A DNA stretch of 64,000 bases from Macrostomum lignano (taxonomy: Eukaryota): NCBI GenBank assembly GCA_002269645.1, contig NIVC01000732.1:62001-126000 (forward strand). The letters are read 5' to 3'. Below the pieces are notes generated by a model that worked only from the letters and a program-made list of their open reading frames with translations, had not been told where the DNA came from and did not search any database. The position numbers were made by a program, and so were the translations under genes. Numbering within the stretch: position 1 is the stretch's first letter; each line of letters begins with the position of its first letter. Below are positions 12,001-22,743 of this stretch, in pieces.

Positions 12001-15000
12001 CACTATCTCCCTTCTCTCACTGTCTCCCCTCTCTCACTGTCTCCCTTCTCTCACTGTCTCCCCTCTCTCACTGTCTCCCCTCTCTCACTGTCTCCCTTCT
12101 CTCACTGTCTCCCCTCTCTCACTGTCTCCCCTCTCTCACTGTCTCCCCTCTCTCACTGTCTCCCCTCTCTCACTGTCTCCCCTCTCTCACTGTCTCCCCT
12201 CTCTCACTGTCTCCCCTCTCTCACTGTCTCCCCTCTCTCACTGTCTCCCCTCTCTCACTGTCTCCCCTCCTCTCGCAGAGCCCCTGGCTAAGTGGCCACC
12301 CCAACCAACCTGCTTCTGCCGACTCTGCTGCTGCTTGTCTCCGTCGCCGCGAACCTCGCCAAGCGAGTCGGCTCGCTTAAAAAACGGCGGCATCCGACCC
12401 AGTAGCAGCGACACCATCGACCCGCGTCGACTCATGCCGCCTCCGCCACTCTGTTGTTGCTGCTGACGACGCCCATCATCAACAATATCAAGCTGCTGTT
12501 GACTGCCAGTCTCAGACGGCTGGCTCGTCTTTCCCGGGTTGGACGCCGAAGTCCACTGTGCCAGTCGATAACGTTCGGGCAAGATATCGTCTAGGCCAAT
12601 GACAGCTCCCGCGCTTCCGGCGCCTGCACCGGCCGCCGGTGCACCCGAGGTGGACGCCGACGATGCCGCAGTTGAGGCGCGACGCCTTGGCGAGTTAAGG
12701 CCGCCGCCGTTGCTATGGTGGGATCTGGCGGCCTCTCTAATCAGCTTGCTGACCTTGCGAATGCGGACTTCAGTGAGCTCTGCAGTGGGGGATATTTTTG
12801 GGGGCAAATGATGAGATTGTAAAATAGATCAGAGGGGAGGAAATGGGATCAGAGTGGGGAAAGGGGATCAGATGGGAGGAAATGGGATCAGAGGGGAGGA
12901 AATGCGATCAGAGGGGAGGAAATGCGATCAGAGGGGAGGAAATGGGATCAGAGTGGAGGAAAGGGGATCAGAGGAGAGGAAATGGGATCAGAGGGGAGGA
13001 AATGGGATCAGAGGGGAGGAAATGCGATCAGAGGGGAGGAAATGGGATCAGAGGGGAGGAAGGGGGATGAGAGGGGAGGAAAGGGGATCAGATGGGAGGA
13101 AAGGGGATCAGATGAGAGGAAATGGGATCAGATGGGAGGAAATGGGATCAGATGGGAGGAAAGGGGATCAGAGGGGAGGAAATGGGATCAGAGGGGAGGA
13201 AATGGGATCAGAGGGGAGGTAATGGGATGAGAGGGGAGGAAATGGGATCAGAGGGGAAGAAAGGGGATCAGAGGGGAGGAAAGGGAATCAGAGGGGACGA
13301 TATTTGTTAGAAAGAGAAAATGAAGCAACTTGGCAAACCCACCTTGTTCAGGTGTCCGAGGCTTAATCACCGGGTCAAGCCAGCGAGCTTGGAAGCTTTG
13401 CAGCTTCAGGTTGCACCAGGTGATGGAGCCAAAGCTGCCCTCTGCACAAGGGTTAGAGTAGGAAGAAATATAAACGACCCTGTCCCGGTTGTACATACGC
13501 ACAGTTAAACCCCTAACCAAAATAAAAACATGCCCAAAAATCCCATCAACAATAATCCTCCCAACCACTGATAAAACTCTTTTTTCGATAAAGACTCCTT
13601 ACCGCCAACTGTACACACGCTCGCGATAAAAACTTCTACCCCCTCCCTAATGTACACACCCCAGCGGTAAAATCTTCTACCCCCAATGTACGAACACCCA
13701 CGATAAAAACTTCTACCCCCAATGTACACAAGCCAGCGATAAAAACTTCTACCCCCGATGTACACACACCCGCGATAAATTTTTTTTACCTCTAATTTAC
13801 ACACATTAGCGATAAACCAATTATGTACACACTCCAATAAATCATCTTTATCCTCAGATGTGCCCTAACCGACTTAAAACTCACGCTTATAATATCCCAA
13901 ATGCTTGAGCAGCAATCCAGTAACCATATCGGTGCCTAGAGTCAAACTCTTCTCCAAAGCCGATTGAGTATTCACTGCGCCCTTCTCCAGCAGACAGTAA
14001 ACAGTGTCCAGCAGATCGCTGGGACTCTGGAAGCTAGCCAAAGCCAGACAGATAAGCGAGCTGGAGTCTTCAGCCGACACTGCATTGGGATTAGCACCCA
14101 GCTCTAGCAGGCACCTGGCCAATTTGCTGTTCCCATTGCGAATTGCTCTGAGCAGCGCGGCGTCTTTTTGGCCACGGCTGAGTACCAGCTCGAGCAGGCA
14201 CTCGGCAGCCAGCCTGAGCAGGCCGCGCTTCTTCAAGCTGGTTCGTACAATGTGAAACAGACAGTCGAACGCGTCGTTCTCCACTAGGCAAGGTGCGAAT
14301 CGCGGCGATCGGCGGCATAGCAACAGGGCGGCTACGCAGCCTTCGGCTTGCACGCCCAGCGCGTTGGGAAATGCTCGAAGGGCGCCGACCACTGCCGAGC
14401 AGACGCGATCGACTACTTCTCCGTGATGATGCTGCTGTTGATTGTCTGCTGCACTGGAGACTGCAAACTCTTTCGGCAGCAGTTGCAGCAAAATTAAACC
14501 GCACTTTTGTACAACGAATGAGTCTCTGTTGATTGTTGAGGTTGGGAATGCGAAATGGCGATAGTAAAGTAAAGCTTTTAAAAACACTATATCTACGAAA
14601 TATGTTTATCACAAACATGCTTATAAATAACTCTCTACCCCAATGTACACATGCTTATAAATAACTCTCTACCCCAATGTACACATGCTTATAAATAACT
14701 CTACCCCTAATGTACACATGCTTATAAATAACTCTCTACCTCAATGTACACATGCTTATAAATAACTCTCTACCCCCAAATGTACACATGCTTATAAATA
14801 ACTCTCTACCTCAATGTACACATGCTTATAAATAACTCTCTACCTCAATGTACACATGCTTATAAATAACTCTCTACCCCAATGTACACATGCTTATAAA
14901 TAACTCTACACCAATGTACACATGCTTAGAAATAACTCTCTACACCAATGTACACATGCTTATAAATAACTCTCTACACCAATGTACACATGCTTATAAA

Positions 15001-16284
15001 TAACTCTCTACACCAATGTACACATGCTTATAAATAAGTCTCTACCCCAATGTACACATGCTTATAAATAACTCTCTACACCAATGTACACATGCTTATA
15101 AATAACTCTCTACCCCAATGTACACATGCTTATAAATAACTCTCTACACCAATGTACACATGCTTATAAATAACACTCTACCCCAATGTACACATGCTTA
15201 TAAATAACTCTTTACACCAATGTACACATGCTTATAAATAATTCTCTACCCCAATGTACACATGCTTATAAATAACTCTCTACCCCAATGTACACATGCT
15301 TATAAATAACTCTCTAGCCCCAGTGTACACATGCTTATAAATAATTCTCTACCCCAATGTACACATGCTTATAAATAACTCTCTACACCAATGTACACAT
15401 GCTTATAAATAACTCTCTACCCTAATGTACACATGCTTATAAATAACTCTCTACACCAATGTACACATGCTTATAAATAATTCTCTACCCCAATGTACAC
15501 ATGCTTATAAATAACTCTCTACACCAATGTACACATGCTTATAAATAACTCTCTACCCCAATGTACACATGCTTATAAATAACTCTCTAGCCCCAGTGTA
15601 CACATGCTTATAAATAACTCTCTATCCCCAATGTATACATGCTTATAAATAAGTCTCTACTCCCAAAGTACGCATTCTTATAAATAAGTCTCTACCCCTA
15701 ATGTACACATGCTCTTCCTTAAACCCCGCGCACCTGTGCCGTTGCATGGCAGCAAGTAGGAGGTCAAGCACGGCCAGCTCAGTTTCGGTCTCAAAGCCGG
15801 CAGCCGCCAGTACGCAGAGGCACTCAAGGCCGGCTTCTAAAAACTCGCGACTGCTGCCCTGACAGTCACGCAGCAGCTCGAGAAGCTCCTTGTGCAGAGC
15901 CGGCTGCAGCTGAGCCTGATGGTGATGATACTGGCTTCTGGCTGTTGGCGATGAAGCACTGTGCAGGCTGCTAGGCTTTGGGATGAGGCACTGATGCCTG
16001 ATGAGGTCTGTTGAACCGATCGAACGTGGCACCAGCAAACGTAACATTTAAGGTCAAACCCAACGTTTTTCAAAGACTGACTAACTGACTAACTTGATAA
16101 CTGAACTAGACATAACTAACTAACTACTAACTAACAAACTACAATAACTAACTGACTAACTTGATAACTAACTAACAAACTGACTAACTAACTAACTAAC
16201 TAACTAACTAGCTAACTAAAAATCTAACTAACTAACTAACTAACTGACTAACTAACTAATTAACTAACTAACTAGCTAACTAAA

Positions 16285-16329
<45 letters not shown>

Positions 16330-16604
16330 GACTAACTAACTAACTAACTAACTAACTAGCTAACTAAATAACTAACTAACTGACTAACTAACTAACTAAC
16401 TTAGCTAACTAAATAACTAACTAACTAACTAACTGACTAACTAACTGACTAACTAACTAACTACTAACTAACTAACTGACTAACTAACTAACTGACTAAC
16501 TAACTAACTAACTGACTGACTGACTAACTGACTAACTGACTAACTAACTGACTAACTAACTAACTAACTAACTAACTGACTGACTAACTGACTAACTAAC
16601 TAAA

Positions 16605-16655
<51 letters not shown>

Positions 16656-16667
16656 ATAACTAACTTG

Positions 16668-16730
<63 letters not shown>

Positions 16731-16732
16731 GC

Positions 16733-16766
<34 letters not shown>

Positions 16767-19700
16767 GCTAACTAACTAACTAACTAACTAACTAGATAAA
16801 GAACTGACTAACTGACTAAACTTGAACGCACCGACATCAGCCAGGCAGGCCAGCAGGGTGACGGCCTCAGTCAGCACCAGACAATTCGCTCGGAACCGAT
16901 GAAAGCTCCGTCCAATAAGGTCCAGAATGTTCCAGCGGTCCTCCGCCATGCAGCTGAGCAGGTAGACAGTCAGCTTTCTCTCTTTGCTAAACACGCACAG
17001 GGCTCTCAGCGCCCGAAATCCGTAGTAATAAATCTCTTCGGAGTCCGCGTGAACTGTCAAACAGCTCACTATGAGCATCGGAGTCGAGTCCTCAGTAGTA
17101 GGCCTCTGATCGATGCCTCCACCGCCGAGGCTCTGTGTAGCCAACAGAGTCTGCAGGCGCTGGTTCTGGACCGCTAGCCAGAACACGGCGTCAAGGACCG
17201 CTGCCATTAGTCGAGGCTTGTGGTCCTTGTTAGCGAATTGCAATCGGATATGCGTGTGGATTGGAAACCTGCAATCAGGGCGGGGTTACGAACCTCATCT
17301 AAATCATTTAAATATTTTCTCGGGGCGATTCTTGAGTGAGAGAGTGATTTTCTCGGGGCGATTCTTGAATGAGAGAGTGATTTTCTCGGGGCGATTCTTG
17401 AGTGAGAGAGTGATTTTCTCGGGGCGATTCTTGAGTGAGAGAGTGATTTTCTCGGGGCGATTCTTGAGTGAGAGAGTGATTTTCTCGGGGCGATTCTTGA
17501 GTGAGAGAGTGATTTTCTCGGGCCGATTCTTGAGCGTGATTTTCTCGGGCCGATTCTTGAGGGTGGTTTTCTCGGGGCGATTCTTGAGTGAGAGAGTGAT
17601 TTTCTCGGGGCGATTCTTGAATGAGAGAGTGATTTTCTCGGGGCGATTCTTGAGTGAGAGAGTGATTTTCTCGGGGCGATTCTTGAGTGAGAGAGTGATT
17701 TTCTCGGGCCGATTCTTGAGGGTGGTTTTCTCGGGGCGATTCTTGAGTGAGAGAGTGATTTTCTCGGGCCGATTCTTGAGGGTGGTTTTCTCGGGGCGAT
17801 TCTTGAGTGAGAGAGTGATTTTCTCGGGGCGATTCTTGAGTGAGAGAGTGATTTTCTCGGGGCGATTCTTGAGTGAGAGAGTGATTTTCTCGGGGCGATT
17901 CTTGAGTGAGAGAGTGATTTTCTCGGGGCGATTCTTGAGTGAGAGAGTGATTTTCTCGGGGCGATTCTTGAGCGTGATTTTCTCGGGCCGATTCTTGAGC
18001 GTGATTTTCTCGGGCCGATTCTTGAGCGTGATTTTCTCGGGCCGATTCTTGAGGGTGGTTTTCTCGGGCCGATTCTTGTGGGTGATATTCTCGATGGTGA
18101 TTCTTGAGGGTGGTTTATTCTGGGCGATTTTTTAGGGTGATTTTTTCTAGGCGATTTTTAGGGTGATTTTTTCTAGGCGATTTTTGAGGGTGCTCTTCTC
18201 GATGGCGATTTTTGATGGTCATTTTTTGGTATCTTGATCTGTAATTCTTGATAGCTATTTTTTGGAAGGAAAGCGTTCTTCTACGCTTGGGTGATTTTTG
18301 GGTCAATTTTATCTAATTGATTCTACAGTAGTTTTACTGTGAACCAGCTGACAGCCAACTCACTGATTCGGCTCGTCTCCAACGTGCGCAACCAGCTCGG
18401 GCCGCCAGCGCAGCAGCTTTGCCAAGGCTCTGCAAATCGCTTGCTGCGTAATAAAATAAGGGAAAATGCCAGGTGTGAAAGTGCGCAAGCGGTTTAAGGT
18501 GCAAACTGATAACAGCTACATTTAAACAAAGAAAATATTTCTCCAGCTTTCAAATTTGTATCCTGCTATGTACTAACCTGTCACTGTAAAACAGGAATCA
18601 AAGAGCCTGTAAAAATTACGCTTAAACGGTCAAAATGACGCCTAGATGTAAAACTGGCGCCAAAGCTTTAAAAATGGCACTAAAGTTGTAAACATTGCGT
18701 CAAACTGTAAAAACGGCGCCAAAGCTGTAAAACTGGCTTAAAAGCTGTAAAAACGGCGCCAAAGCTGTAAAACTGGCTTAAAAGCTGTAAAAAGGGCGCC
18801 AAAGCTGTAAAACTGGCTTAAAAGCTGTAAACACAGCGCCAAAGCTGTAAAACTAAAAGCTGTAAAAACAGCGCCAAAGCTGTAAAACTGGCTTAAAAGC
18901 TGTAAAAACAGCGCAAAAACTGTAAAACTGGCGCTAAAGCTGTAATAATGTCGCCAGGCTATAAAATTGCGCCAAAATACTGAAAAACAGTCAAGAATAA
19001 CTAATGTAAATACTCTTTCCAATAGCCGCTTACCGTGATCTCCTCCTCGTGCGCGTAGTGCAGAAACCCCAGCTGCATCGCGCGCAGCCAGTCCTGCTCA
19101 AGCTGCGAGCCCGACGAGCAGCCAGTTTGAGCAGAAGCGTCAGCCGCTCCTCTGTACACGCAATCAACCGTGTAAGAAAACAGGGTGAAACAGGCCAACT
19201 GCAACTGCGGGTGCCTGTCCGGGTAGCGCAAAAGTACGCGAAGTACTTCGCTAAGAAGGCCGGCGTCTCTGACCGCCTCGGAAACAGTGGACACCGCGGG
19301 CGAGCTAGTGGCGGCGGTCGATGCCGCTTTGGCTTGCGGACTTGTCGGCGGACTGGCTGAGGAAGTCTGCAAATTTACGAGTATTAGAAAGCATACTGCT
19401 GCTTGTATTTTCTTAAGTACGTTTTAACCTTTAATAATTCATAATTTCTGTTTTTACTGGTTTTTTAATTTTCAATTTAATCCTCTTTCTTAGAATAGAC
19501 TTTGAATAAGCCTATTCCTAACTCCATTTCCCGATACAAAGTGCTACTTCAACATGGAATATCCTATTTTATCACAAAAAAGCCAATTTTTTCCATAACA
19601 GATCCCATCTTTTCCCATAACAGATCCCATCTTTTCCCATAACAGATCCCATCTTTTCCCATAACAGATCCCATCTGTTCCCATAATAGATCCCATCTGT

Positions 19701-22700
19701 TCCCATAACAGATCCCATCCGTTCCCATAACATATCATATCTTTTCCCATAACAGATCCCATATTTCCCGATAAAAGATACCATTTTCCCATAACAGATC
19801 CCATGCTTCCATAACATAACAAATGCTCCAATAACAGATCCAATTTTCCCATTTATTCCAGTAAATCCGATACCATACTAAAACTCAAACAAAATCAAGT
19901 CACTAACTGGACAGTGCAGTCGGCACAGAGCTTCAACATTCAGAGCCAGCAGGTCGGGAAGGCTGCCGTGCAGTCTGCACAGCTGTCTGACCGACTCGGC
20001 CAGCTGTCTGTGCACCCCGTCGGCCAGCATTCGACGCCGGAATTCACCAGAATAGCAGCATAGTTCGCCAAACAGAGGGCAGAGGGCGCGCATGCAGAAT
20101 TCCACAGCGTAGCGGCGGGCTAGCAAAGAGGCCAGACGGGCGTGCTGGTCACAGAAAAAGCGCGTCACGTGATCTGCCCAGCTAGACGAGCAATAGTACG
20201 TGTCTAGAAGCAGGGCTGCTGCTCTCACGATTAGCACTGTCTGCTCCTGGGGGATGGAATAGATTTTTATTAGATAAAGTCATGGACATCCACTTTAATT
20301 GTTCATTCACGCATTCATTCACGATTTATAATTCTAAGATTTCGAATGGCTGGCGCAGACACCCACCTCACTCCTCCACTAACTATAATTAATTTCTGTC
20401 CAAAGATTCTTATTGGCTGGCGCAGAAACCCACCTCACTCTTTCATCAACTAACGTTCATTTGTCTAAAAAAATTCTTATTGGCTGGCGCAGACACCCCT
20501 CTCACTCATCCACTCATCCACCAACTACCGTTCATTTGTCTAAAAAAATTCTTATTGGCCGGCGCAGACACCAACCTCACTCTTCCACTAACTACTTTCT
20601 GGCGCTTTACACGATACATAACTTCATTCATGACCTGAATTGAAAGGGCGCAACGTGCATACCTGTGAATCGACGCCGTCAGCTCCGCCAACAAAGGCAG
20701 TCTTGGCAAAGTTGATAATCTTCTCGTGTCGCCACATACACCGACGGAGAGGCCCGGCCAGTTGCACAGAGCAGAGCAGCTCAAGCAGAAGGCCAAGATG
20801 TCGCGTCATCTTAGTCTGCTCAGCATCAATTAACTGCTCAAGCGTCTCAGTCAGGTGCCGTCTGAAGGAAAACAGTTCGTCCCATATTAAAAAAGATAAA
20901 TGAAATTATTCCGACAATTTTAGTGTCAACACTATTACACTATTACGCAATCACTTGGCCTCGATTCGAATTTGATAAGCTACTAGCGATAAAGCTGGAC
21001 CTGATAAATGAAACCATATACGAGCTAAGTACCAACTGTTCTTTACTAACTATGAGTATATACTATACCATGCGTGCGTGTCTGTCTAAGCCCTAAGGAT
21101 ACGATTTGTAGTTAGATTTTAAAGAAATATGTTTTCAAGTTCAGTTCAAAGTAGTTAAATTTCAAGTTTCTAAGCACTCTGGTGCACTCACTTTCAGAAT
21201 ATTACGCAACATTTAATTTAACCTTTGAAAATAGCTTTCACATTTTAAACAGCAGCCGATAAATGTGAAGCTTGCCTTAGCATTAGTTTCGAAAAAAAAA
21301 CTATAAACGCTTTGGAAGACTAGATAATTAGGATTATTGGAATTACAATATTTAGATAAGCTAATTTGTTTATTAATATAGCTCGTAACTACTAATCGCT
21401 TGATGCATTATTTGGGTTAGGGTTTAGTATACGGTCAGATAACCTTGACTGAGATAGGATCTGGGATAGGATCACAGATTTGAGAAATTTTGATAAGATG
21501 GGATCACAGATTTGAGTCAGTGGTGAGATGGGATCATAGATTAGAGTCATTTTGATGAAGATGGGATCACAGTTATTAAAAGGGGATCAGATTTAAGTTT
21601 TTTAAAAGATGGGATTACAGATTTGAGTCAGGGATGAGATGGGATCACAGATTTGAGTCATTACGGAGACGGGATCCCAAATTTTAAAGTTTGGATGAAA
21701 TCAAACGCTGGATCATTTTCATTCAACAAGCAGAGAATTACAATTGACAAATTAAGTAATGAGTGGGACGTCAAGTCTAGTCATATAAGTTGAGCAGATT
21801 CGAATCTCCGACTTACAGCAGATCCTGATTAATCTGGATTGACATTCGCAGCTTCTGAGTCCGGCAGCTGAGCACAAGCAGAGCAGAGTAGGCTGCGCAC
21901 TGCAGTCTCTGGGCGGACTCAGAATCAGTCCTCTCGCCCGGTTGAAACTCTTTCAAACAGTCAATAATGTCGCGATGTACTTTATGCTCTTCAATGTACT
22001 TTAGAGAGTCGACTGAAATCGGTTAGTTTGGAAATAAAAATCAATAGAGTAGCTTAATTTTAGCATTCAAGCAATTTAAGTGCATTCGTTCGTACCCTAA
22101 AATTCAAGTAGCTAATGTAGGACATGAGGTTCGTTTTGGTTTGAAATATAACGAAGAAATGCTTCGTTCTATATATAGCCATTTTTGCTTACTCATAAAT
22201 AATTATATCACACACGTCAGAGCTATAGAGTATAGGTTGCCACAGGTTGAGTCGTTTACATTTATAATGTTAATAAATTAAGATAGACTAAAATATAGGG
22301 TATACACACATTTCTTTTATGCAAGATAGCTTATAATTTAGTAAACTTATAATTAAGATAACTTTTGATTTAATTGGATCCTGACAATATTTTTGTGATT
22401 CGTGACCCGATCATAGATTGTCATTACTCATTGATTTTATTATCAATACCATAAAAATTGGCGAAAATAGTTACGAAAATTATTATATTAAGAAAACAAA
22501 AGTACAAAGTAAACGTCTAAGCGGAAAGAACTCACGCTGCGCGGCCAGACTCTCAATATCCTGCATCGCAGTCACCGCCTGCGCTAATAAACGCCGTCGG
22601 CGCGCTTCAATTAGCGCCTGTCTGGCGTTATTCGCCGTGCGAACATTGTCAGTGACGTAGGGCGAAGCTGGCACTGGCGCCCGAACGAGTCCGGCGCGAT

Positions 22701-22743
22701 CTGTCCGAGCTGTCAGCTGTGACAGGTCAAGCAAACTGGCCAT
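42..22743 (-). CDS. LRRK2: LRRK2-type Roco protein (ARM-ANK-linker-LRR-ROC-COR...), 3'-partial. Exons: 22743-22536, 22012-21817, 20861-20663, 20246-19908, 19366-19034, 18443-18364, 17268-16832, 16007-15734, 14525-13885, 13441-13343, 12779-12310, 11050-10578, 10384-9402, 5630-5507, 4841-4655, 2150-1801, 1261-1120, 437-42. Total 5931 nt = 1977 aa; the rest of COR, kinase and WD40 are expected left of the window.
   Basis: All 17 internal introns are GT-AG and intron phases chain without a stop. ROC motifs: MKLMLVGFGGRGKTSLL (P-loop), TVG, WDFAGQEEFYATH, KPWLVNIKAQAP, VGTH; COR start HVMGQMVPESYVKLE. Many LxxLxLxxNxL repeats. ANK-like AIRNGNSKLARCLLELGANPN. ARM-region segments resemble human LRRK2 as recalled (VGDEPNQFPIHTHI ~ IGDEDGHFPAHREV; SITWCNLKLQSFQARWLDP ~ SICLGGFCIGKVEPSWLGP). 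Least certain boundaries: acceptors at 11050 and 1261, and the donor at 9402 (see findings). Confidence 0.93.
441..997. repeat. Intronic 22-bp minisatellite GTAGGTTGCAGTTGGGTTTCAG (~25 copies)
   Basis: Tandem units read directly; fills the LRRK2 intron 438-1119. Confidence 0.95.
1411..1745. repeat. Intronic ~30-bp minisatellite ACTGAGTCATCAGGGAGGGTACAGATACTC (~11 copies)
   Basis: Tandem units with small indels in LRRK2 intron 1262-1800. Confidence 0.92.
2176..4602. repeat. Intronic 33-bp minisatellite GGATTGACAGGTGCTAAACTGATTGATTGGTCT (~72 copies; 29- and 35-bp variants)
   Basis: Tandem units read directly; source of the TGAKLIDWSGL ORFs. Confidence 0.97.
4945..5260. repeat. Degenerate ~26-bp minisatellite CCAAGGTCATTAGGGTTAGGGATTT
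   Basis: About 11 diverged units in LRRK2 intron 4842-5506. Confidence 0.8.
5651..5787. repeat. 20-bp minisatellite GGGGCGCCATTTCATTTGAT (~7 copies)
   Basis: Tandem units just 5' (gene sense) of the acceptor at 5631. Confidence 0.88.
5841..9408 (-). repeat. 119 x 30-bp array GAGTTGG|GTGAGAGACAGTTTGTCTTGCT(T/G/A) spanning an LRRK2 exon/donor junction; stop-free reading ELGERQFVLL
   Basis: Units stay in exact 30-bp register from 5851 to 9391, with donor copies at 5862, 5892 ... 9402. Continuous with the LRR exon in the 1437-aa ORF. Confidence 0.98.
11139..12270. repeat. CT-rich compound minisatellite (24-bp CTCCCTGCGTCTCCCTCTCCGTCT, then 17-bp CACTGTCTCCCCTCTCT)
   Basis: Fills LRRK2 intron 11051-12309; produces spurious Ser/Pro/Leu ORFs. 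Confidence 0.95.
12826..13290. repeat. 20-bp minisatellite GATCAGAGGGGAGGAAATGG (~23 copies)
   Basis: Tandem units in intron 12780-13342. Confidence 0.95.
13623..13790. repeat. ~40-bp short array CGATAAAAACTTCTACCCCCAATGTACAC...
   Basis: About 4 diverged units in intron 13442-13884. Confidence 0.8.
14612..15712. repeat. 34-bp minisatellite ATGTACACATGCTTATAAATAACTCTCTACCCCA (~32 copies)
   Basis: Tandem units in intron 14526-15733. Confidence 0.96.
16078..16820. repeat. (TAAC)n / (GTTA)n microsatellite, ~740 bp, interrupted
   Basis: Direct reading; fills intron 16008-16831. Confidence 0.97.
17313..18200. repeat. 33/27-bp minisatellite GATTTTCTCGGGGCGATTCTTGAGTGAGAGAGT
   Basis: Tandem units in intron 17269-18363; produces the VIFSGRFLSER ORF. 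Confidence 0.95.
18705..18945. repeat. 40-bp (2x20) minisatellite AAAGCTGTAAAACTGGCTTAAAAGCTGTAAAAACGGCGCC
   Basis: About 6 units in intron 18444-19033. Confidence 0.88.
19590..19850. repeat. 22-bp minisatellite CCCATAACAGATCCCATCTTTT
   Basis: About 11 units in intron 19367-19907. Confidence 0.88.
20345..20595. repeat. ~65-75-bp tandem duplication (TTCTTATTGGCTGGCGCAGACACC...), ~4 units
   Basis: Motif recurs at ~20350, 20408, 20475 and 20550 in intron 20247-20662. Confidence 0.75.
21450..21690. repeat. Degenerate GATGGGATCACAGATTTGAGTCA repeat
   Basis: Several diverged units in intron 20862-21816. Confidence 0.65.

Noticed and set aside
11094-12466. 387-446-aa Ser/Pro/Leu plus-strand ORFs
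   Set aside because: Translations of a CT-rich intronic minisatellite antisense to LRRK2; no start context or domain.
9361-14532. Plus-strand ORFs overlapping LRRK2 exons (and 25700-26092, 28853-29224 over GALNT)
   Set aside because: Antisense shadows of GC-rich coding sequence; no motifs.
17113-18135. 340-aa VIFSGRFLSER ORF, and similar repeat ORFs at 2695, 4318, 12843, 26114-26874 and 27188
   Set aside because: Stop-free by chance of unit composition; antisense or out of any spliced frame, and several of these arrays contain non-3n indels.
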